Of a stretch of DNA of 42,575 nt, positions 9,225 through 17,340 are shown piece by piece. The notes under the pieces are model-generated. The model ran no database searches and was not told the DNA's origin. It was given only the letters and a program-made list of their open reading frames with translations. A program made the translations under genes and the position numbers. Source of the DNA: an uncultured Candidatus Saccharibacteria bacterium (GTDB taxonomy: Bacteria > Patescibacteriota > Saccharimonadia > Saccharimonadales > JACDBH01). Numbering within the stretch: position 1 is the first letter of the stretch; each line of letters starts with the position of its first letter. The stretch is taken from the NCBI GenBank assembly GCA_964458165.1, contig CAYWFI010000001.1, positions 1 to 42,575 on the forward strand, read 5' to 3'.

Positions 9225-9803
9225 ATGGCGAGCAGGTCAAACTATGTCCAGCGGTACGGCGCACTGTTTTTAGCGGCAGTATTCCTAGTAACATCCGTGG
9301 CTTTTACAGCGGTTGTTATCTGGCAATCGAGAGACCAAAATAATGTCGATGATCAAACGGCTTTACAAGAGCAACTTAACCAGCAACTTGAACAGCAGGC
9401 TGCTACGCAAGGAGAAGATATGTTAGAAGGTACGCAACTGGCAAACTTTACCCCTACGACCGACCCGGTCACAGAATTGCAAATCATTGATTTAGTAGAA
9501 GGCACAGGCGATGTCGTGCCAGAGGGTGCTACCATCACCGCGCATTACACGGGCGCCTACGTAGTGAACGGTGAAATCTTCCAGAGCTCAAAGGATATGG
9601 GTCAGCCCGCTACATTCCCGCTTGATGGTGTCATCGTCGGTTGGACCCAAGGAGTCCCAGGTATGAAAGTCGGCGGCACACGTCGCCTTATCATTCCTGG
9701 CAATTTGGCTTACGGAGAGGCTCCAGAGGGCTATACTCCTGGCAGCACCGAACGGCCGATGGGGCCGCTGGTGTTTGACATCGAGCTTGTATCTATAAAC
9801 TAA
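9225..9803 (+). CDS. FKBP-type peptidyl-prolyl cis-trans isomerase, membrane-anchored
   Basis: N-terminal TM (LFLAAVFLVTSVAFTAVVIW) and an FKBP core ITAHYTGAYV.NGEIFQSS...ATFPLDGVIVGWTQGVPGMKVGGTRRLIIPGNLAYGE. GGAGG RBS upstream. Confidence 0.85.
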   Translation: MASRSNYVQRYGALFLAAVFLVTSVAFTAVVIWQSRDQNNVDDQTALQEQLNQQLEQQAATQGEDMLEGTQLANFTPTTDPVTELQIIDLVEGTGDVVPEGATITAHYTGAYVVNGEIFQSSKDMGQPATFPLDGVIVGWTQGVPGMKVGGTRRLIIPGNLAYGEAPEGYTPGSTERPMGPLVFDIELVSIN

Positions 9804-9833
9804 AATAATGCACAAAACACAACATATAGCGTA

Positions 9834-9861
9834 TTGACGACCAGCACAAGCGCTATATAAT
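9834..9861 (+). promoter_or_regulatory. Promoter TTGACG-16 nt-TATAAT upstream of the glutaredoxin-like gene
   Basis: -35 at 9834-9839 and -10 at 9856-9861; AAGGAG RBS before the ATG at 9905. Confidence 0.5.
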
Positions 9862-9904
9862 GGGTTAATAGAGTTCTAGAAATCAAATCAAAAGGAGTAA
9901 AAAA

Positions 9905-10153
9905 ATGGCTAAAAAAATCACTGTCTATACTACCAACACCTGCGCGTACTGTGTGATGGTTAAGAAATATCTAGACAACAAGGGTCATCAGTATGAAGTG
10001 GTTAACCTCGATGAACAGCCGCATCGCCAGCAAGAAGCTCTTGAGCTCAGTGGTGCTCTGACCGTACCGGTGACGGTGGTTGAAAAAGAGGACGATAGCC
10101 AGGAAGTGGTCGTTGGCTGGAATTTGCAAAGACTCGCCCCGGCTCTGGGCTGA
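9905..10153 (+). CDS. Glutaredoxin-like protein (NrdH/Grx family)
   Basis: 82 aa with a CAYC redox motif after the first beta strand (ITVYTTNTCAYCVMVKKYL) and TVPVTVV downstream. Confidence 0.75.
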   Translation: MAKKITVYTTNTCAYCVMVKKYLDNKGHQYEVVNLDEQPHRQQEALELSGALTVPVTVVEKEDDSQEVVVGWNLQRLAPALG

Positions 10154-10271
10154 GATGTTCCCGCGCGGCACAGCTCGCACCTAAATCTCCGGTCCGCGTT
10201 CACCGTATTGCATATACGCCTCGCTTGCGGTCCTCGATTTAAACGCGAGCTGCACTCACGCGGAGAACATT
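10154..10271 (+). repeat. Intergenic imperfect-palindrome repeat, family A, copy 1 (divergent)
   Basis: Terminal complementarity ATGTTCCCGCG / CGCGGAGAACAT and inner stems CAGCTCGC/GCGAGCTG and TAAATC/GATTTA. Shares the core TCACCGTAT..ATACGCCTC.CTTGCGGT.CTCG with copies at 17195 and 23755. Confidence 0.7.
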
Positions 10272-10311
10272 TCCCGTTCGTGATACACTAATTGTAAGAG
10301 GAAAAAACAGG

Positions 10312-11262
10312 TTGAGTAGTCAGAAGGTTCATGATTTGGTGATTATCGGGGCGGGTCCGGCGGCTCTAAGTGCCGCCATTTATACCACGCGCGAGGATAT
10401 TCAGACGATCTTGTATGAAAAGGCCGTACCTGGCGGGTTGATCTCTACCACTGACTGGGTCGATAACTACCCTGGATTTCCGGATGGCATTGCCGGGTTG
10501 GAGCTGGGCGACGCGATGCGCAAGCAGGCTGAGCGGTTTGGCGCTGTAATCGAGCTAGGTGAGGTCACCAATATTACCGACGAAGGTAAACATAAGAAGC
10601 TCGAAACCACCGAAGGCGATGTGTTTGCCCGGGCGGTGCTTATCGCCACCGGCTCAGGTTACAAAAAGATCGGTGTTCCGGGCGAGGATGATTATTATGC
10701 GCGTGGCGTCCACTACTGCGCTACCTGCGACGGTGCTTTTTATCGTGATAAACGACTGGTGGTGGTTGGAGGCGGTAACAGCGCCGTGCAGGAGGCAATG
10801 TTCCTGACTCGGTTCGCGACTCATATTGATATGCTGGTGCGGGGCGATTTTCGAGCCTCAGACGTACTGGTTCACGAGCTTGAGGAAAAGCACAAAGACA
10901 AAATCACTGTCTATAAACAAACAACCACTGATGAAATCGTCGGCCAAGATGGCAAGCTGACCAAAGTCATCGGCACCGACAAAACCACTGGCAACAAAGT
11001 AGAGTTCGAAACTGACGGTGTATTCGTATTCGTCGGCCTGGACCCAAATACCGCGTTTCTAAAAAACACCGCCGTCGAGCTGGACGAAACTGGCTTTATA
11101 AAGAGTAATAGCGATACACTCGCGACTGCCATCCCCGGCGTCTTCGTAGCTGGCGACTGTCGTGCTGGCGCTACCATGCAAATCGCCACCGCTGTAGGCG
11201 AGGGCGCCACCGCCGCCCTGCGCATCCGCGAATATCTGGAACGTCCGGCTACGGGTTATTAA
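10312..11262 (+). CDS. trxB: Thioredoxin-disulfide reductase
   Basis: FAD motif VIIGAGPAALSAAIY, redox-active CATCDG, and NADPH motif GGGNSAVQEA. TTG start. Confidence 0.85.
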   Translation: MSSQKVHDLVIIGAGPAALSAAIYTTREDIQTILYEKAVPGGLISTTDWVDNYPGFPDGIAGLELGDAMRKQAERFGAVIELGEVTNITDEGKHKKLETTEGDVFARAVLIATGSGYKKIGVPGEDDYYARGVHYCATCDGAFYRDKRLVVVGGGNSAVQEAMFLTRFATHIDMLVRGDFRASDVLVHELEEKHKDKITVYKQTTTDEIVGQDGKLTKVIGTDKTTGNKVEFETDGVFVFVGLDPNTAFLKNTAVELDETGFIKSNSDTLATAIPGVFVAGDCRAGATMQIATAVGEGATAALRIREYLERPATGY

Positions 11263-11948
11263 TTTTCTAAAGTTTTATAGTTGCTCAGGAACTTCTGCGG
11301 ATTGTCCGTAATGCAACCGTATAAGCCATATTTTTCAAACCGGCGCGCCCGCCTGGAGTTGTTTAGCGTATAGGCGCTTAGCTTGTAGCCTCGGCGCGCC
11401 ATAGAACGTATAAATCCGCTCCACAGCCAGCGGTGATTCATGATCAAACGGTCGGTGCGCAGGTGTTTGGCCCGCCATCCGGCACGCACCCCTGACCACT
11501 TTTCTATAATAGCCAGCAAAGTATCTGGCATCAGGGCGCGGATTTCGCGCAGTATATGATAATCGGACGAAGCGATAACAAGGTCGTGTTCTGTCCATGC
11601 CCGGTCCAACCGTGGTTTCAGTACACCAATAATCGGTCCGACGCGGACGGCCGGCTTGATTTCTATCATCATATCGCAGCGGCGATCTATGAATTGCAGA
11701 GCAGCTTCCAGTGTCAGTAAATCGGTTTTGGCAAGCTGAAGATCCGAAAAGTTTGTCTGTTCGATGAGCAACTGTCTGCCGTCGTTCGCTGTTAGTACGC
11801 TGTCGTGATGTAAAACCGGCGTACCGTCCGCGCTGACCCGTACATCAACCTCGATCATGCCAACGCGGGAATCAAGCGCCGATTGCAGACTAGCCAGAGT
11901 ATTCTCTGGCGCTAGACCTTTGGCGCCGCGGTGTCCTATGATTAACAT
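11259..11948 (-). CDS. Glycerophosphodiester phosphodiesterase family protein
   Basis: N-terminus MLIIGHRGAKGLAPENTLASL...MIEVDVRVSADGTPVLHHD is the GDPD signature. Convergent 4-nt overlap with trxB. Confidence 0.8.
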   Translation of the reverse strand: MLIIGHRGAKGLAPENTLASLQSALDSRVGMIEVDVRVSADGTPVLHHDSVLTANDGRQLLIEQTNFSDLQLAKTDLLTLEAALQFIDRRCDMMIEIKPAVRVGPIIGVLKPRLDRAWTEHDLVIASSDYHILREIRALMPDTLLAIIEKWSGVRAGWRAKHLRTDRLIMNHRWLWSGFIRSMARRGYKLSAYTLNNSRRARRFEKYGLYGCITDNPQKFLSNYKTLEN

Positions 11949-11991
11949 CTAGTTGTAGTGTACAATATTACCGAAGAAAAGGAGATGTATT

Positions 11992-12522
11992 ATGAGTGAC
12001 TTTAATAAGGTTTTCGATGCGGGCGATGTAGATGGCGGTGTCATTAATGCTATCAACGAGATCCCAAAAGGCAGCAATCTTAAAATAGAATGGAACCGCA
12101 AGCTCGCAGTCTTTGAACTGGATCGGGTAGAGCCGCAAATCTTTGCTAAACCCTGTAACTATGGCTTTATCCCCCAAACTTTGGACGAGGACGGCGACGA
12201 ACTGGATGTGCTTTTGCTGGTTGACGCGGCTGTACCTACTGGCGTCAAGGTCAGCGCCCGCATCGTCGGCATCATGAATTTCGAAGACGATGGCGAAATG
12301 GACCACAAGGTTGTCTGTGTGGCCGACGACGACCGTCACTGGGGTGGCGCTATCCAAAACATCGAGGACGTGTCAGACGTCTGGAAGAAGCAAGTTGAAC
12401 ACCACTTCAACCACTACAAAGACCTCAAGAAACCTGGCAGCACAAAAGTGCTTGGCTGGGGTAACGCAGAAGATGCCAAAGCAACCATCAAGGAATGCCA
12501 AAAACGTTGGAGCGAACAATGA
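11992..12522 (+). CDS. ppa: Inorganic pyrophosphatase (family I)
   Basis: EIPKGSNLKIEW...YGFIPQTLDEDGDELDVLLL...DDGEMDHKVV match the family I PPase metal-binding motifs. Confidence 0.85.
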   Translation: MSDFNKVFDAGDVDGGVINAINEIPKGSNLKIEWNRKLAVFELDRVEPQIFAKPCNYGFIPQTLDEDGDELDVLLLVDAAVPTGVKVSARIVGIMNFEDDGEMDHKVVCVADDDRHWGGAIQNIEDVSDVWKKQVEHHFNHYKDLKKPGSTKVLGWGNAEDAKATIKECQKRWSEQ

Positions 12523-12719
12523 ACAACAAGCACTTCTATAAGGCCGAGGAAAGCGGAGAACTTAGAGTCAGCGAAATCCACCCGCTTTTTGGTGATATAG
12601 AGCGCCCGGCGCGGCCCGTTGAGACACTGCTGTATAAAACCAAAAATGTAATCAATAATTGTTATGACTCCGTAAGACTGATTTTCGCAGAAGACAAAGC
12701 ACCCCGGCAAGAACAATAG
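12519..12719 (+). CDS. Possible small protein (66 aa) translationally coupled to ppa
   Basis: The ATG at 12519 forms an ATGA overlap with the ppa stop. No recognisable domain, so this may be non-coding. Confidence 0.3.
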   Translation: MNNKHFYKAEESGELRVSEIHPLFGDIERPARPVETLLYKTKNVINNCYDSVRLIFAEDKAPRQEQ

Positions 12720-12764
12720 CGTTGTAATAAAACGTTGCGCCAAAGCGCCTACGCTTATACAATA

Positions 12765-12912
12765 CCGTTAGAAAAAAAATAAAACTCTAACGGGAGCACA
12801 TATGAATCCCGTTAGATCCCAAAGAGGGAGCGGGGGCTGATGGCGGTTGAACACGAGTGGGGGTTTCAGACGATAAACAGCAAAGTAACGGAAAGTGGGT
12901 TCTAACGGGATG
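12765..12912 (+). promoter_or_regulatory. gap leader with four copies of a complementary 8-10-mer able to form mutually exclusive hairpins
   Basis: CCGTTAGA (12765-12772), TCTAACGGGA (12786-12795), TCCCGTTAGA (12807-12816) and TCTAACGGGA (12901-12910, abutting the ATG at 12910). Confidence 0.35.
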
Positions 12913-13986
12913 AAAACAAGGGTGGCGATAAACGGTTTCGGGCGTATCGGCCGGAATGCTTTTAAGGTTGCGTTTGAACGCGGCGATCTAGAAATCGTGG
13001 CAATCAACGACCTAACAGATACCAAGACGCTGGCGCACTTACTCAAGCACGACAGCAACTACGGCACCTACCAGCATGAAGTCAAGGCTGACGGTGACCA
13101 TGCCATTATCGTGGATAAACACAAAATCAAAGTGACGGCCGAGCGTGATCCGGCACTATTGCCGTGGCGCGACAACCATATTGACGTGGTTATAGAATCA
13201 ACCGGGTTTTTTGTTGATCCAGAGAAAGCCAAGGCGCACATCCAGGCTGGCGCCAAAAAGGTCGTCATCAGCGCCCCGGCCAAGGGCGAGGGCGCGACAA
13301 CCGTGGTCTTAGGTGTTAACGAGGACAAGCTTGATGACGCTGGTGAAATTGTATCTAACGCCAGTTGTACTACTAACTGTATCACCCCTGTCATGGCTAT
13401 CCTTGAGCACAACTTTGGCATCGAAAAAGCCATGATGACCACAGTCCACAGCTACACGGCCAGCCAAGCTTTGCAGGACGCGCCGTCCAAAGACCTGCGC
13501 GAGGGCCGCAACGCGGCCGAAAACATCGTGCCTACCACTACTGGCGCGTCGATTGCCGCCGCCCAGGCGCTACCAGCCTTGCAGGGTATCTTTGGCGGGC
13601 TTAGCATCCGTGTTCCCACCCCCGTAGTTTCCTTGAGCGACTTCGTGGTTATCACCAAGCGTGACGTCACGGTAGAGGAAGTCAACGAAGTGTTTAAAAA
13701 AGCCGCCGCCGAACCATATTACCAGGGCATCCTAGCCGTATCGGAGGAGGAACTAGTTAGCCGCGATTACATCGGTAACAGTCACTCAGCTATTGTTGAT
13801 CTAAAGCTCACGGCCGTCCAGGGCGGTAACATGCTCAAGGTCGTCGCCTGGTACGACAACGAATGGGGCTACTCTAACCGTCTGGTGGAGAACGTCGCCG
13901 ACATCGGCCGCATGTTACATAAAAAAGGCCACCACAGCGCTCATCATGGCGCAGGCGAACACCACGGACACCAGCATCACGAGTAG
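12910..13986 (+). CDS. gap: Glyceraldehyde-3-phosphate dehydrogenase (type I) with a histidine-rich C-terminal extension
   Basis: MKTRVAINGFGRIGR, catalytic SNASCTTNC, WYDNEWGYS, then the tail HKKGHHSAHHGAGEHHGHQHHE. The ATG at 12910 is preferred over the GTG at 12895. Confidence 0.9.
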   Translation: MKTRVAINGFGRIGRNAFKVAFERGDLEIVAINDLTDTKTLAHLLKHDSNYGTYQHEVKADGDHAIIVDKHKIKVTAERDPALLPWRDNHIDVVIESTGFFVDPEKAKAHIQAGAKKVVISAPAKGEGATTVVLGVNEDKLDDAGEIVSNASCTTNCITPVMAILEHNFGIEKAMMTTVHSYTASQALQDAPSKDLREGRNAAENIVPTTTGASIAAAQALPALQGIFGGLSIRVPTPVVSLSDFVVITKRDVTVEEVNEVFKKAAAEPYYQGILAVSEEELVSRDYIGNSHSAIVDLKLTAVQGGNMLKVVAWYDNEWGYSNRLVENVADIGRMLHKKGHHSAHHGAGEHHGHQHHE

Positions 13987-14006
13987 TTTAGTGGTAAGAT
14001 AGGCGT

Positions 14007-14510
14007 ATGAAAATTGCTATCACTACTGACCATACTGGTCTGGCATACGACGGGGTTTACGGCGAAGTAAAAGATTATCTGATATCTCTTGGCCATGAGG
14101 TCACTGATTTCGGCCCAAAATCGCTCAATATGGACGACGATTATCCGGAATTCATGTTTCCGGCGGCCAAGGCTGTCGCGGGCGGCGAATATGAAGCGGC
14201 TATCATCATGGGCGGCAGCGGTCAGGGCGAGGCCATGGCGGCCAACCGCATAAAGGGTGTACGCTGCACATTGTTTTATGGCCCGGCCGTGTCCAAGCAG
14301 CCCGTAGATGCCGAGGGCACTATGAGTGATGACCCGTACGAAATCCTGCGATTGAGTCGCCAGCACAACCACGCCAACGTGCTTAGCCTGTCCGCCCGTT
14401 TCCTGAGTTTGGACGAAATGAAAACCGCCATCCAAGTATGGCTCGGCACGCCCTATGGTGACGCCGAACGCCACGTCCGCCGCGTTGGTAAACTAGACGG
14501 TTTAGTCTAA
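14007..14510 (+). CDS. rpiB: Ribose-5-phosphate isomerase B (RpiB/LacAB family)
   Basis: MKIAITTDHTG...IIMGGSGQGEAMAANRIKGVRC matches the RpiB pattern. Confidence 0.8.
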   Translation: MKIAITTDHTGLAYDGVYGEVKDYLISLGHEVTDFGPKSLNMDDDYPEFMFPAAKAVAGGEYEAAIIMGGSGQGEAMAANRIKGVRCTLFYGPAVSKQPVDAEGTMSDDPYEILRLSRQHNHANVLSLSARFLSLDEMKTAIQVWLGTPYGDAERHVRRVGKLDGLV

Positions 14511-14518
14511 CCCAACTC

Positions 14519-14556
14519 TTCTTATTGTACATTATATCATACCTGTCAAGTAAAGT
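14519..14556 (+). repeat. Motif C copy 1: TTCTTATTGTACATTATATCATACCTGTCAAGTAAAGT
   Basis: The same about 37-nt motif recurs at 31782-31801 plus 31872-31898, where it is interrupted. Confidence 0.6.
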
Positions 14557-14564
14557 AAAGCTTC

Positions 14565-14716
14565 AGGCCAGGGATACCTCTGTTATTTCTAAAGACATGG
14601 TATCCTTGGCTTCACAACTATTTCTATTTGAAATAGCTGCCCTGAGCTAAAGCTCAGGTGCATATAATTGCCATTAATCATGGCAATTATCACTATTTAC
14701 TACTGTCAGTAAAATA
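14565..14716. other. Run of five adjacent hairpins in the rpiB-rpe spacer
   Basis: 14565-14578/14599-14612; 14618-14623/14631-14636; 14641-14647/14652-14658; 14664-14674/14680-14690 (11 bp, perfect); 14692-14699/14708-14716. Confidence 0.35.
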
Positions 14717-14733
14717 GTTATGCTTGGTGTGAT

Positions 14734-15372
14734 ATGGCAGTGATATGTCCGACTGTTATGGGGGCCAGCTCCAAGGAATACCGTGAGGCTATTGAGCGCG
14801 TGGCCGAGTTTGCCGAGCGGATTCACATAGACTTTGCCGATGGTATTTTCGCGCCCACCAAGCTGGAGCCTATCGAGGACGCGTGGTGGCCAATCGGTCT
14901 GATAGTGGATTTTCACATCATGTACCAAAAACCGCTCGAGCACCTGGAGACCGTAATTGCGCATCAGCCAAATCTAGCCATTGTGCATGCCGAGGCTGAG
15001 GGCGCGTGGGATTTTGTCAAAGAGCTGGAGGGCCTGGGCATCCACCGCGGCGTAGCCTTGCTTAAAGACACGCCGGCAGACGTAATCAAACCGTATCTGG
15101 AGCATATTGATCACGTGCTGGTATTTAGCGGCGATCTAGGATATTACGGCGGCAAGGCCGACTTAAGCTTGCTTGATAAGGTTCAACAACTTAAAAAATT
15201 AAAACCGAGCCTAGAAATCGGCTGGGATGGCGGTATCAACGACCAAACGGCCAAGGCACTGGCTGAGGGCGGTGTTGACGTATTAAATACCGGCGGCGCT
15301 ATCCAAAAGGCTGACGACCCGGAAACGGCTTATGATAAACTAGTAGCAATTATCAGCAGAAATGAGAAATAA
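14734..15372 (+). CDS. rpe: Ribulose-phosphate 3-epimerase family protein (divergent)
   Basis: TIM-barrel pattern IHIDFADGIFAP, DFHIM, VHAE, VLVFSGDLGYYGG, IGWDGGIN, NTGGAI parallels the Rpe motifs. Located between rpiB and transketolase. Confidence 0.6.
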   Translation: MAVICPTVMGASSKEYREAIERVAEFAERIHIDFADGIFAPTKLEPIEDAWWPIGLIVDFHIMYQKPLEHLETVIAHQPNLAIVHAEAEGAWDFVKELEGLGIHRGVALLKDTPADVIKPYLEHIDHVLVFSGDLGYYGGKADLSLLDKVQQLKKLKPSLEIGWDGGINDQTAKALAEGGVDVLNTGGAIQKADDPETAYDKLVAIISRNEK

Positions 15373-15375
15373 AGA

Positions 15376-16227
15376 ATGACCCTGCACGAACTTGAACTCC
15401 AGGCCAACCTGATACGTCAAGACATCATCAAGATGCTAGAGGCCGCCGGCAGCGGGCATTCCGCCGGGCCGCTAGGGCTAACCGACATCTTCACGGCGCT
15501 GTATTTTGACATTATGAAACACGACCCCAAGAATCCATCCTGGGACAAACGCGATATATTTTTGCTGTCTAACGGCCATTGCGTACCGGTGCAGTATGCC
15601 ACCATGGCCAACGCCGGTTACTTTGACCACTCAGAGCTTATGACGCTTCGCAAATTTGGCAGCAGGTTGCAAGGCCACCCAGAGCGCACCAAACTGCCAG
15701 GGTTAGAGAACACCAGCGGCCCCTTGGGCTGTGGTCTAAGCCAAGCTGCCGGTATGGCGCTGGCAATGCGTATGAACCAAGAAATGCACCGTTGGGTGTA
15801 TGTGGTGACAGGAGACGGCGAGCTAAACGAGGGCAACGTCTGGGAGGCCGCGATGCTGGCCGCCAAGTACCAGCTGAATAACATCATTGCTATCGTTGAC
15901 CGCAACTATATTCAGATAGATGGCAATACAGAGGACGTGATGCCTCTGGACGACCTAAAGGGCAAATGGGAAAGCTTCGGCTGGTATGTGATAGAAATTG
16001 ACGGCAACAACATTGAGGCCATCATCGACGCCTGCGCCATGGGGCGGGCCATCGGCGACAAACCGGTTGTTATCATCGCTCATACGGTGCCGGGCAAGGG
16101 CGTGGACTTTATGGAATACGACTTCCACTGGCACGGCGCTCCGCCCAATCATGACCAAGCCAAAGAAGCGCTGAAGAATCTGCGCACACTGCAGGGCAAA
16201 ATCAAAAGCGAGGGCGATTTTGAGTAA
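15376..16227 (+). CDS. Transketolase, N-terminal (thiamine-diphosphate-binding) subunit
   Basis: GSGHSAGPLG, LSNGHC and GDGELNEGNVWEA (ThDP motif). 283 aa, split-type transketolase. Confidence 0.85.
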   Translation: MTLHELELQANLIRQDIIKMLEAAGSGHSAGPLGLTDIFTALYFDIMKHDPKNPSWDKRDIFLLSNGHCVPVQYATMANAGYFDHSELMTLRKFGSRLQGHPERTKLPGLENTSGPLGCGLSQAAGMALAMRMNQEMHRWVYVVTGDGELNEGNVWEAAMLAAKYQLNNIIAIVDRNYIQIDGNTEDVMPLDDLKGKWESFGWYVIEIDGNNIEAIIDACAMGRAIGDKPVVIIAHTVPGKGVDFMEYDFHWHGAPPNHDQAKEALKNLRTLQGKIKSEGDFE

Positions 16228-17194
16228 TTTACATTTAGCCGACATCAGCGGCGAGCTGCAATCTGAGCCGATTCGCAAAGGTTTTGGGCGCGGGCTTAAG
16301 GTAGCTGGCGAGCAAGACGTTAATGTCGTGGCGGCTTGTGCCGATCTGACCGACTCAACCCAGATGAGTCTTTTTAAGGAAGCTTTTCCGGAGCGCTTTG
16401 TAGAAATAGGCGTGGCCGAGCAGAACCTTGTAACCGTCGGCTCAGGTCTGGCGGCTATGGGCAAGATTCCGTTCGTGAGCAGTTACGCCGCTTTTAGCCC
16501 TGGGCGCAACTGGGAGCAAATCCGCACCACCATCTGTCTGAACGAACAACCGGTCAAGGTAATTGGCTCGCACGCCGGTATCAGCGTGGGGCCGGATGGC
16601 GCGACGCATCAGATGCTCGAGGACATCGCTATTATGCGCACCCTGCCGCACATGGTTGTGCTTGCGCCGGGCGACTCGATTGAAGCCGAGAAAATGACCC
16701 TAGCGATGGCCAAAGACAAGCGCCCCAACTACATGCGTCTGGCACGCGAAGCGACACCGATATTTACGACCAAAGACACGCCGTTTGAGATTGGCAAGGC
16801 ATACGTACTGAGAGAGGGCAAAGACATCAGCCTGATTGCCACTGGTACTATGACGTATCAGGCATTGGTGGCCGCCGAAAAACTGGCTCATGATGGTATA
16901 GAAGCCGAAGTTATACATGTACCGACTATCAAACCTTTGGACAACGGAACAATCCTAAAAAGCGTCAAAAAAACAGGTGTCGTTGTGACTGCCGAGGAAG
17001 GTCAGATCGCCGGGGGCCTAGGCGGCGCGATTGCCGAACTGCTGGGCGAAGAGCTACCAACGCCACTACACCGGATAGGTATGAAAGATCGCTACGGTGA
17101 ATCCGGCACACCTAATGAACTGCTTGAGCATTTTGGTTTGACGGCCAAACACATCGCAATGGCAGCTCACTCAGTCCTCGACAGGAAACAATAG
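16220..17194 (+). CDS. Transketolase, C-terminal (pyrimidine-binding) subunit
   Basis: FVEIGVAEQNLV and GPDGATHQMLEDIAIMR. 8-nt overlap with the N-terminal subunit gene. Confidence 0.85.
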   Translation: MSNLHLADISGELQSEPIRKGFGRGLKVAGEQDVNVVAACADLTDSTQMSLFKEAFPERFVEIGVAEQNLVTVGSGLAAMGKIPFVSSYAAFSPGRNWEQIRTTICLNEQPVKVIGSHAGISVGPDGATHQMLEDIAIMRTLPHMVVLAPGDSIEAEKMTLAMAKDKRPNYMRLAREATPIFTTKDTPFEIGKAYVLREGKDISLIATGTMTYQALVAAEKLAHDGIEAEVIHVPTIKPLDNGTILKSVKKTGVVVTAEEGQIAGGLGGAIAELLGEELPTPLHRIGMKDRYGESGTPNELLEHFGLTAKHIAMAAHSVLDRKQ

Positions 17195-17316
17195 GGAGCT
17201 ACGTATTTGGCGCATCTTGGGCGAAAACCTGTGCTCCGCGCTCACCGTATGCTGCAAATACGCCTCACTTGCGGTGCTCGGTTTTCACTCCAAGCTGCAC
17301 ACAAATACGTAGCTCC
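17195..17316 (+). repeat. Intergenic imperfect-palindrome repeat, family A, copy 2
   Basis: Perfect 15-bp outer stem GGAGCTACGTATTTG / CAAATACGTAGCTCC and inner stems CTTGG/CCAAG and CGAAAACC/GGTTTTC(A), with the conserved core. Starts at the base after the TAG stop. Confidence 0.75.
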
Positions 17317-17340
17317 TACTCATAACACCCAGGAATTAGG

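Noticed and set aside
10154-10271. Family A elements as integron attC sites
   Set aside because: No GTTRRRY / RYYYAAC boundary motifs and no integrase. The flanking genes are core housekeeping genes rather than cassettes.
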